NCBI GenBank assembly: GCA_014905635.1
Contig: CM026547.1
Span: forward strand, 3,348,001 to 3,412,000
Origin: Scenedesmus sp. PABB004
Taxonomy: Eukaryota
Direction of reading: 5' to 3'
Length of the DNA: 64,000 nt
Each line of letters begins with the position of its first letter. Position 1 is the first letter of the stretch. The notes beneath the pieces are model-generated. The model was not told the DNA's origin. It saw only the letters and a list, made by a program, of their open reading frames with translations, and made no database searches. The position numbers and the translations under genes were made by a program. This document shows, piece by piece, positions 45,996 to 55,748 of this stretch.

Positions 45996-48900
45996 TCACA
46001 GCCCGCCGGGCGCGGCCATGGCCCGCACGGCGCCGCGGACCTCGGGGAAGACGGCGACGAGGCTCGTCTCCATGAGCGTGAGGCCGAGGTGGTACATGAG
46101 CGTGCGGCTCTGCAGCACGCCGATCACGTCGCCGAGGCCGCGCAGCCACGCACCGCGCCCGAGCAGCGCGAGCAGCGGGCCCGGCACGGTCGCGCCAAAG
46201 AGCGCGGCCCGGAGCGCGGCCGCCACGGCCTCGGCGTCGGCGGGCGGGCCCCACTCGAGGAAGCGCTCCGCGGCGATGGGCGGCCCGCGCGGCGGCGGGC
46301 CGCCGCCCGCGTTGGCGCGCGCAAACCACACGCCGCCGGGCCAGAGCTGCGCCTGCAGGCGCGCGAGGTGGCGCACGAGCGCGGCCTCGCCCAGCCCCGC
46401 CGAGAGGGTGCGCTGCATGAAGTCGTCGATCGCGCCGCCGGCGAGCAGCGACAGCAGCTGCCGCGCGAGCGAGATGACCGGCCGCCGCACAAAGCTGCGG
46501 CCGTCGAGCTCAAACACGCAGCTCACCACCTCGTACAGCGGGCCGATCAGGCCGGTGCTGTCCGCGGCCTCGCCCCAGGCGTCGTCGTCGAGCCAGCCGG
46601 AGCCGGCCCCGCCCGGCGGGGCGGGGCTGGGCGGGCACTCGGCGTCGTCCGCCGCCGACGCAGCCGCCGCAGCTGCAGCAGCCGCAGCTGCAGCAGCCGC
46701 AGCTGCAGCAGCCGCAGCAGGCGCCGGGACGGCGACCCCCGCCGCCTGCGCGCCGGCGCCGGCAGCGGGCGGCGCCGCGGCGGCGCCCGCCGCGCCGACG
46801 GACCTGGGCGCTGAGAGCCGCGACGCGCTGGCGCCGCGCGCGGCGGCGGGGCTCGCGGTGGGGCTGCCGCTCGGCGCCACGCCTGCCCGCGGAGCGCCAA
46901 CGATGCTGGCGGAGCCGCCCCGGCTGCTGGAGCCGGGCACGCTCGCTGCCGGCGGTGCGGCGGCCGCGCCCGCGCCCGCCGGCAGCGCCGCCACGCCGCC
47001 GGCCGACCTGCCCCCGCGGCCGGCGGCGCCCGGCAGGCCGCCGCCGCCGCTGCCGGCGGGCGCTGGCCGGCCCAGCAGCGAGGGCGGCGGCGGCCCGTCC
47101 GCCTGCCGCGCCGGCTCCGCGTCCCGCCCGCCCGGCTGCCGCCACGACTCCACGCTCTCTAGGGCCAGGGAGGGCTCTGGCAGAATCTTGTTCGGCACCG
47201 GCGGCGAGCTCGGCTGCAGCAGCCCCGCGCTGGCCTGCGCCGCCCCCAGGAAGCCCGGCTCGACGCTGTCCAGCGTCTCCAGCTGCTGCGCACCGCTCGG
47301 CTGCCGCCGCAGCAGCGCGACCTGCAGCAGCGGCGGGTCGGCGCCGCGCGCAACGCGCCGCTGCAGCAGGCCTGGCTGCTGGTGCTGCGGCAGCGGCTGC
47401 GGCGCCACGGGGCTGCCGTGCCGCTCCGCCTGCTGCTCCTGCTGGTCCTGCGCGCTGCTGCCAGACCGCGCTGCAATCTCGCTCGACTGTACAGTTCCGC
47501 CCTGCCCCTGCCGCTGCTGCTGTGGCAGCGGCGGCGTGGCAGTTTGCTGCTGGCCGCCAGCCGCCACTCCTGGCTCGCCCGCGCAGCCAGCCTCTGGCTT
47601 GCCTCCAGCATCGTTAGCTGCCGCCGGCCCCGCACGGGCGGGCGCGCTGCGCTCGCTGGCGCTGGCGCAGGCGCTGGCGCTGGCTCCGCAGCAGCAGCTG
47701 CTGCCACTGCCGCTGCTGCTGCACGGACCCGATCTGCCGTCGCTGCAGCTGGGGGCGCCGCTGCTGCCTGCGCCGGCCAGGCACGGGCCCGCGGCGCCGC
47801 CGCCGTCGGCACACGCGCCGAGCTCCGGCGCGCCCGCGCCGCGCAGGCGGGCGCAGCTGACGCTGTGCGGGGACGGCAACGGCTGCGGCTCGCCCTCGGC
47901 CGCCGCCGCCGCGGCCGCGGCCGCGAGGCGCCAGCACGCGACGCCGCTGACGTCCTCGGAGCGCGTGCGCTGCCCGAGCGCCAGCCCGAGCTCCGCCTCG
48001 TCGTCGGGCGGGCGGATGCCCTGCGCGCCGTCCGCGGCGGCGGCCATGCCGTACACCTCGCTCGTCTGGCTGAGGAACTGGCGCACCTCGCCGTGGCGCG
48101 CGAGGAAGGGGCTGGCCAGCAGGGCCTGCAGGAACGCGTCGAGCTCGTCGCGGCGGCGCATCACAAACGGCGCGTCGCGCGCGGTGAGCAGGCGCTTGGG
48201 CGGCAGCCCCGCGCGCAGGTCCTTGTACTGCGGCGCGTCGCGCAGGCGCTTGTGCAGCGCCTCAAAGTGGCGGTACCTGCCAGCCGCGGCGGCGGGGCGG
48301 CGCGGCGCGGTGGTCGTCCGGCCAGCCGCAGCAGGGCGTGCGGCGGAGGCTCTGGAGGGGCGCGCGGCACGGCGCGGCGCGCGCCCTGCCGGCGCGGCGC
48401 CCCCCCCCCCCCCCCCCCCTGCACCTGCGCGTGACGGTCCACTCGCCGCGGTCGTCTGCGACGCGGACCTTGTACACGATGCAGTCCTTGCCCTCCAGCG
48501 CGAGCATCTCAGCCGTCACGACCTGCGCCCGCAGCCAGCCGTGCCGCGGCGCGAGGTCGTCCGCGAGGCAGCCCGAGGCCGTGGCCAGCAGCGCCGCGGG
48601 GCCGCGCCCCAGGCCGCACAGCGCCGACACCGCGGGCGACCGCCCCGCCGCGGGCGGCCAGCCGCGCTCCGCGGCGCCGCCGCGGCCGCCCCAGCTGGGC
48701 GAGCCGCCGTCGCCGCACGACGCGGCGCCGCCCGCGCTCATCGCGCGCCCGCCCGCGCCGCCGCCGCGGTGGCCGGCAAAGCGCTCGGGGCTGCCGCCCG
48801 CGTCGACGGTGCTCCAGCTGCGCGGCGAGTCGGGGCCGAGCGACGAGGCGGGGCTGCAGCTGCCAGGCGCGGCCGCGCCGCAGAGCAGCGTGCCGCGCTG

Positions 48901-50720
48901 CCGACCGCTGCCCAGTCGGCCGTCCGAGCCGAGTCGGCGGCGCAGCGAGAGCTGCTGCGCCGCTGCGCGCATCGCGGCGACGCCGCCAGGGCTGCTGCCC
49001 TGTTGCGACGGCCCGGGGCTGCCCCGCGCGGCCTCGGTGGCGCGGCGCGCTGCGCCGGGCTCGCGCCGGGGCTTTGCAGAGGTCAAGCTGAAGCCCGACA
49101 GCGCCACGCCCGCCCTGACGTCGCCGTGGCTCTGGCTGCGCTTGATGGCCGTGCTGAACGGCGAGGCCTGCGGCCCGCACGGCAGGTCAGCGGGGCGGAG
49201 GCCTGCCCGGGCGGCCGGCGCGGCAGCTGCAGCCGGCGCGCGCGCTCACCCGCAAGAGCGCCTGCTGCGCCAGCACGGCGCCGCCGCCGCCCAGCAGCGA
49301 CCGCCGCGACCGGCGCTCGGCGCGCTGCCTGCAGCACGGCGCGGCGCGGGGCGGTCAGCGACGCGCCCACGGCGCGTGCTGCGCCGCGCCCTGCGAGGCG
49401 CGCGGCCGCCGCGCCAAACTCACTGCTGCAGCGCGTCCGCCTCGGCGCGGCTGCTCGCGCGGCCGCGAGCCTCAAACTCGGCCGCCGCCGCCGCCATGTC
49501 CGCGGTGACCGGGCGCTGCGCGGACGTGCCGGCCATGATGTTGAGCAGCATCTGCGCGGCGCGCGGCGCGGGGCCGCTCGGCGCGGCGCGCGCGGGCGAG
49601 CGGGGCCGCGCTGCGCTGGGGGCCGGGCCACGCGGCGCGCGCCGGCGGCGCACCCGGTTGATGCTGTAGGGCGCGAGCGAGGCGATGCTGCTGCGCAGCA
49701 CGCACGTCGCCAGCAGCTCGCGCAGCATGGCGCGCGTGAGCGGGCACGCGCGCTCCTCGGCCGGCAGCACGTGCGACAGCAGCGCCTCTGACAGCCGCCG
49801 GCACACGCGGTACTGGCCGTCGGGCCGGGACAACGCGGGGTGCAGCGCGCGCGACTGCGACAGCACCGCCCGGATCGCCGCGTCCGCCTCGGCCGCCGGC
49901 ATGCCGCGCAGCGTGTCGCCGCCCAGCGCGTCCGCGGCGCGGCGGTACAGCGCCAGCGTGGAGCACAGCGCCGCCGAGCCGTCGCGCACGAGCAGCGCCG
50001 TCCAGTCCACGCGCTTGGCGCGGCGCGCGGCCTGGCCGAACGCGTGGTTGAGCAGCCAGCGGACCTCGGCCGGGAAGTCGCGGTCGGGGCTGAGCTGGCT
50101 GAACCAGGAGTCGTAGATGAACTGGCGCGCGCGCGGGTGGCGTCGGGCACGTGCGTGCGTGCGGCCCGTCAGCGCCGGCGCCGGCGCCGCCGCCCGGCCG
50201 GCCGGCCGCGGCGCGCGCGCCGGCGTGCGGTGCGCACCTCCTGGACGATGCAGTTGCACAGCCGCTCCCACGCCGCCGCCACCGGCTCGCTGCCCACCAG
50301 CCTGCGCCAGGCATCCCGGTCGCGCGGCGCGCGCCCCGCGCGCGCAGCGCCGTCAGCTGCGCCCGCCGCGTCGCCGCCGGCGCCGCTGGGCGGCGCGCGG
50401 GGCCGCAGGCGACGCCGCACGTCCAGGGCGCCGGCCAGCAGCCTGGCAGACACCACCAGGCCCACGGCCACCGCCCAGCGGGCCGGGCCAGTCGCGCAGC
50501 CTGCGGGCAGCAGTAGAGATGCTGAGCAACGCCCGCCCAGCGCGCACGGCGGCGCTGCGGCGCAGCGGCGAGTGCCACCGGCTCGTACGCGAGTCAACTC
50601 ACATTTCAGTAGGCCCGCAACGACCAGGCACAGCCCCGCCAGGCGGGCGAGGCCCAGAGCAGCGCCGGCCAGGGCTGACCGCCGCTGGCCGCACGCTCCA
50701 GCTCGCTCGCCGGGCGTCAT
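45996..50720 (-). CDS. PXA-PX-PXC (Nexin_C) sorting nexin, SNX13/14/Mdm1-like, with N-terminal TM helices
   Basis: PXA AWERLCNCIVQEFIYDSWFSQLSPDRDFP; PX VYKVRV...WTVTRRYRHFEALHKRL...LPPKR; PXC GAIDDFM...LQAQLWPGGVWF; hydrophobic N-terminus; TGTAA at 45938-45934. Confidence 0.88.
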
Positions 50721-51430
50721 TGGCTCGCGCCAGGGGGTGGCATGCGCGGCGCGTCGCGGCGCGCGCGCGCCGTGCCGGCGCGGCGCCCCTCCTGTACTGC
50801 CCCCTCGCTGCTGCTGCCGGCGCGCGGACGGCGCGGGCGGTCGGGTCGCAGCGCGGCTGCGTCACCAGCGCCGCACCGCGCGCGACGCGTAGGGACGAGC
50901 GCCGCGCCCGGCGTGCGCCGCACCCGCCGAGGTTCACGCCCGACAGCCAGCTCGCGGCCCCCCGCCCAGCCAGGGCGCCGCGCCCTGCGCCGCGGCACTC
51001 GTCCAGCGCGCCAGCCAGCGCCGCCCGACCGCCCGACACGCGCGACAGGATCGCCCGCACGCCGCACGGCACCCCGCCAGGCACTCGCAGCCCGCGGCGC
51101 CCGCCCAGCATGGAGAAGGCCGACGCGCACGCCGTGAAGATCAGCCACCACGCCAACGAGCACAAGGCGCACCTGGACGCCAAGTCCGGGCGCCAGGAGC
51201 GCCACAGCGGTGCGCGCCCGAGGGCGCCGAGCCGCGCCGCGGCGCCCACGGCGCGCTGGAGCGCGCCCGGCAGCGCGCTTCGGGGGCGGCGTGGCGCCCG
51301 CCCCGTCACGGCCGCGCGCTCCGAAACGCCCGCGCCGCGGAGGCGCCGGGCGGGCCGGGGATCTCCCGGCGCCGCTGCTGCCGCGGCGCGCCGCCGCACC
51401 GCCGCCGCGGCGGGCGGGGCCGCCGCGCCG
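50704..51430 (+). repeat. Source arm of a ~725-bp inverted duplication (bidirectional promoter + exon 1 + part of intron)
   Basis: Near-identical to the reverse complement of ~53972-54693. Confidence 0.92.
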
Positions 51431-51622
51431 GGCTGCCTGCGAATTCAGCTGGACGCTGTCGGGCGGTCCTGTGCGCTCGCGCCCACACGCGCCGCCGCGC
51501 CGCCGGCGCTGCCGCGCGCAGGCACCGGCCGCGGCCTCAAGGAGGGCCCCAAGAAGGCCGGCGGCGGCTCCGGCAACTGGGGCAGCCTCAAGGACGAGAT
51601 TGACGAGGCCCGCCAGATGTGA
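51110..51622 (+). CDS. 66-aa protein with SERBP1/Stm1/HABP4-type motif, 2 exons (51110-51209, 51522-51622)
   Basis: MEKADAHAVKISHHANEHKAHLDAKSGRQERHSGTGRGLKEGPKKAGGGSGNWGSLKDEIDEARQM; GT-AG intron; TGTAA at 51809. Confidence 0.8.
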   Translation: MEKADAHAVKISHHANEHKAHLDAKSGRQERHSGARPRAPSRAAAPTARWSAPGSALRGRRGARPVTAARSETPAPRRRRAGRGSPGAAAAAARRRTAAAAGGAAAPGCLRIQLDAVGRSCALAPTRAAAPPALPRAGTGRGLKEGPKKAGGGSGNWGSLKDEIDEARQM

Positions 51623-51914
51623 TGCCTGCCCTGCCAGCAGCAGCAGCCGCCGGTAGCCAGCCGCACGACCGCGGACAGTTTTGAGGGGGGCGGGGGGCTG
51701 CGCCTGCCCCGACTGACTTCAGCTAGCCTGACCTGACGGCGCGCGGAACTTGATTGGTTGCTCACGCATCGCGACAGCCCCCGGGCGATGGCGCTGACAT
51801 TCGCAGACTGTAACAGCATTCCGCCAGCACGCTCACGCGCAGGCGCTCCCGCCGGCGTTGCGCGCGCGCCGCGCCACACCCGGGCTCGCCGGCGGCGGGC
51901 GCGCACCCGCCGCC

Positions 51915-52671
51915 TCAACCCACGAGGCCGTTGGACGCCAGGAATGCGAGCGTGAGCGCCGCCAGCAGCGCCGCGAAGCCGCCTGCGCCCCGCGGCGCGC
52001 GGGCGGCGCGGCGGGCCCGGTCACGGCTGGCTGACCGCGCGGCTGCAGGGTCAGCACTCTGCGCGCAGTGCAGGGGCGCACCTGCGAGCTGCAGACTGCG
52101 CTTCAGCATGTCCGCGCTCGACGCGGCGTTGTCCTCGCGCACGTCCGTCGTCAGCAGGCCCGCGTAGTAGCCAGCGCCCCGCGCGCCGTCGCCGCTTCTG
52201 CTGCCGCGGCTGTCGCCGCCGCCGCCGGCGCCGCTGCTGCTGCTGCTCGCCGCCGCGCCGGGCGCTGCCGCTCCTGCGGCAGCGCTCGCCTCGCCGGGCG
52301 CGCCGGCGCTGCCGGCCGCCGGCGGCGCGCTCATCGCGTTGATGGCCTCGCTCATGTTGTAGAGGTCGGGGCAGCCTGGCGCGGCGCACGGGGCGGCGAG
52401 GGCCGTCGCGGCGCCGCACGCACGCGCGCGTGCGCGGCGGCGGCAGCGGCGCCGGGGCCGCTCGCCGCGCCCGCACCAATTGCGCGGCCGCCGCCGCCGA
52501 CGCTGCTGCTGGTGATGCCCGAGCCTTCATCACCGGCGCCGGCGCGCGGCGCGGGCAGCGGGCGGCGGCGCGGGCCCCCGCAGCGCGTGGTGGCCGGCAG
52601 CAGGAGCGCGGCGCCGCCGGCAGCGGCTGCGCCGCGGCGGGCGCTGGTGGCGTCCGGAACAGCTGCAGCAT
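51915..52671 (-). CDS. Small hypothetical membrane protein, possibly plastid
   Basis: C-terminal YYAGLLTTDV...DMLKRSLQLAG|GFAALLAALTLAFLASNGLVG*. The N-terminus looks like a transit peptide, but the frame of the 5' exon is unresolved. Confidence 0.5.
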
Positions 52672-53141
52672 CGTGGCGGCATGCACCGGGCGGGGCGGTG
52701 TGCGGCGCGGGCAGCGCGACGCGGGAGCTGGCCTGCGGTGCAGCGCCGCTCAACCCCTGCGCCGCGGCGCCGCCGCTCCTCGCCCCGCAGCCGAGCGACG
52801 GTTCCGGCCAGCCAGCGCCGGAAGCCTGCACAGCAACCGCCCAGCAGCAACCGCGCGCCGCCTCGCTGTCCCGGCCTGCCCGGCCTGCCCGGCCGGCAGT
52901 GCTGCCCAGGGCCCTCGCCGCCGCCTACACACAGCGCCACCGACACCCTCACCTGCCCGCGCAGACGCACAGACGCAGCTCGGCGGCGGCGTGCGCGCAC
53001 GCGGGGCAGCAGCGGCCGCGCCGCGCCGGCGCGGCGCCGGCGGCGCGGCGCGGCTCCCCGCAGGCGCGGCCTCTCACCCGCCTCTGACCGGGCAGCAGTG
53101 CCGCGGCGCCGTCCCGCCTGGCAGCGGGACAGCGCGGCGGC

Positions 53142-53908
53142 ATGGACGGCGGGGGCGGCTACAGCAGCAGGCGCGCGGCGGCGGGGCCGGCGCGGGGCCG
53201 CCTGGCCGGCTCCGGCTGCACCTGCGCCGGCCACGGCGCCGGCGGCAGCGGCGTGCGCGGCGCGCGCGCGCGCGGGACCGCGGCGCCCGCTCGGCGCGCG
53301 CGCGCCGACCCCCGGGCCCGCCGCCGCCGCCCGCCGGCGGCGCGCAGGGGCGGCCTGCGGCCGCGGCAGGACCACGTGCAGATCAGCGTTGAGAAGTTTG
53401 ACTACGAGGCCCAGGTCTCGGAGCTGCGCGGCGACGTCGCGCGCATCAAGCAGGCGCGGCGCCACAGGGGGCGCGGGCGGCGTGCCGGCTGCGGCCGAGC
53501 CGGAGCGCCGGCGCCGCCGCGCGTGCGCGCCGCGCCCGCGCGCGCCGACGCCGACGCCCGCGCGTGCGCGCCCGCCCGCAGCTCGCGTACGCCATCGACG
53601 AGGAGCGCAAGCTGCAGGGTGCAGACATCAACTCGCTGGTGCGCCACCGCGCCGCGCAGCCGCGGGCGCCCGCGCGCCGCTCCCGCCGCCGCCGCCAAAC
53701 GCGCCGGCCGCCGCGCGCCGTGAGCGCGCAGGAGGAGGCCATGGACCGCGCCAAGCTGATGATGGGCAAGGCGATGCGGCGGCTGAACGTGGTGTACAAG
53801 CAGAGCCGCAGCAACCTCATGCTCTGGGTCACGCTCTTCATCATCGGCATCTTCATGCTCGTCTACACCCTCAAAAAGCTCTACCACATCGGCCGCATGA
53901 TCGCCTGA
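53142..53908 (+). CDS. Bet1/SFT1-like Qc-SNARE, 4 exons
   Basis: MDGGGGYSSR|GGLRPRQDHVQISVEKFDYEAQVSELRGDVARIKQ|LAYAIDEERKLQGADINSL|EEAMDRAKLMMGKAMRRLN..., ending in the TM segment LMLWVTLFIIGIFMLVYTL. Confidence 0.85.
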
Positions 53909-53971
53909 GCCCGTGGGCCGCGCCGGCGGGCCGCGCCGGCGGCGCGGGAGAGCTCGGGGCGCGCACGGCGG

Positions 53972-54693
53972 CGGCGCGGCGGCCCCGCCCGCTGCAGTGG
54001 CGGTGCGGCGGCGCGCCGCGGCAGCAGCGGCGCCGGGAGATCCCCGGCCCGCCCGGCGCCTCCGCGGCGCGGGCGTTTCGGAGCGCGCGGCCGTGACGGG
54101 GCGGGCGCCACGCCGCCCCCGAAGCGCGCTGCCGGGCGCCGCCGTGGGCGCCGCGGCGCGGCTCGGCGCCCTCGGGCGCGCACCGCTGTGGTTCTCCTGG
54201 CGCCCGGACTTGGCGTCCAGGTGCGCCTTGTGCTCGTTGGCGTGGTGGCTGATCTTCGCGGCGTGCGCGTCGGCCTTCTCCATGCTGGGCGGGCGCCGCG
54301 GGCTGCGAGTGCCTGGCGGGGTGCCGTGCGGCGTGCGGGCGATCCTGTCGCGCGTGTCGGGCGGTTGGGCGGCGCTGGCTGGCGCGCTGGACGAGTGCTC
54401 GCCGCGGCGCAGGGCGCGGTGCCCTGGCTGGGCGGGGGGCCGCGAGCTGGCTGTCGGGCGTGAACCTCGGCGGGTGCGCCGCACGCCGGGCGCGGCGCTC
54501 GTCCCTGCGCGTCGCGCGCGGTGCGGCGCTGGTGACGCAGCCGCGCTGCGACCCGACCGCCCGCGCCGTCCGCGCGCCGGCAGCAGCAGCGAGGGGGCAG
54601 TACAGGAGGGGCGCCGCGCCGGCACGGCGCGCGCGCGCCGCGACGCGCCGCGCATGCCGCCCCCTGGCGCGAGCCAATGACGCCCGGCGAGCG
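53972..54693 (-). pseudogene. Inverted partial duplicate of the 51110-51622 gene (promoter + exon 1 at 54283-54184; exon 2 missing)
   Basis: Encodes MEKADAHAAKISHHANEHKAHLDAKSGRQENHSG (2 aa changes), then the same GT donor; truncated inside the intron. Confidence 0.9.
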
Positions 54694-55748
54694 TGGTCCT
54701 CGAAGCTCCAGCTGTCTCGGCCAACCCTCGGGACCGCCTTCCTGCGCTCGCCGCAGCCCGCGCGCCGCCCCCGACCCCGCGCGAGCTGGTGCCGGCGCGC
54801 TGCCGCGCGCCCGCCGCCGCCGCTGCGGAGGGCGCCGGGCCTCCGCCGCGCGCAAAGGGGCGTTTCCAGTCGCAAGGCAGCCGTTCTGAGCGTCGGGGGC
54901 GCGCTGGCCGTCCGGTCGAGCAGTCTGTTACTGTGGCCAGTCAACCCCGCCTCCCAGCCGCTCCTCCCCTCCTCGCGCCCCGGCGCCGCGCCTGAGCACC
55001 GCGCGCCATCTCACGGGTGGGAAAAAGCCCGCCGCAGCCGCACAGCACGCACCCGTGGCGCCCGCAGCACTACAGGGGGCCCGCCGCAGCAGCCCGGCGC
55101 CGGGCGGCCACCAGGCGACGCCGTAGCACATGAGGAGCCCCGGCTATGCCCACCCACCGCCCTGCTGGGGCAGGAGGCGCGCGCAGGCCAGCGCCGGTGG
55201 CAGCCTCGCGGCTGGCAGGTGCGCTGCGGGCCACGGGACGCGCCGGGGGGCCGACTTGGAGGCCTCCGGGCCTCTAGCCGTCGCGCCGCGGCGAGCGGGG
55301 GCCGCCCGGCGCCGGCAGCACGCGGCGCAGCTCGGCCGTGCTGCAGCGGCCTACCCGCCGTGGCGGCGCCGGGCCCCGGCGAGGCCCGTGACGCTCGCTG
55401 ACGAGCTCGGCAGCGTCGTGGCCGGCGCGGCGCGCCCCGCGGCCCCGCGGCCGCGCGGGCCGGGCGCAGCAGCAGGCTGTTGGCGCCGCCTGGCGCGCGC
55501 TGCGGCGTGGACAGCGCCAGCGGGGCGGCCCGGGGCGCGCTAGGGGTGGCGGGCCAGGCCTGGCGCGCGCCAGGGGCCGGCCCGTGGCCCCTGGCGCCCG
55601 GCAGCGGCGTTCAACGCGGTCGCGCCATGCCTCGCGGCCGCCCCTGGCGCGCCGGCGACAGCACGCCGCCTGCCCGCCGCCCCGGACCGCGGAGCGCCCG
55701 CCCACAAACCCGCGGGCGCCCCCCGCCGCGCCGCAGGTGACGAGCCCC

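Noticed and set aside
45307..49791. Very long + strand ORF (1494 aa) and many similar overlapping ORFs, e.g. 50-3280, 13613-16411 and 60514-62640
   Set aside because: These are shadow frames of real genes. Stop codons are rare at this GC content, and the translations are Arg/Ala/Pro-rich with no motifs.
7072..53908. Apparent clustering of trafficking genes (ZW10, two sorting nexins, SNARE)
   Set aside because: They are interspersed with unrelated genes and act in different compartments; there is no evidence of a functional cluster.
50704..54693. Composite transposon or Pack-type element with long terminal inverted repeats
   Set aside because: The arms are host promoter and exon sequence, and no transposase or clear target-site duplication is visible. 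Reported instead as an inverted duplication.
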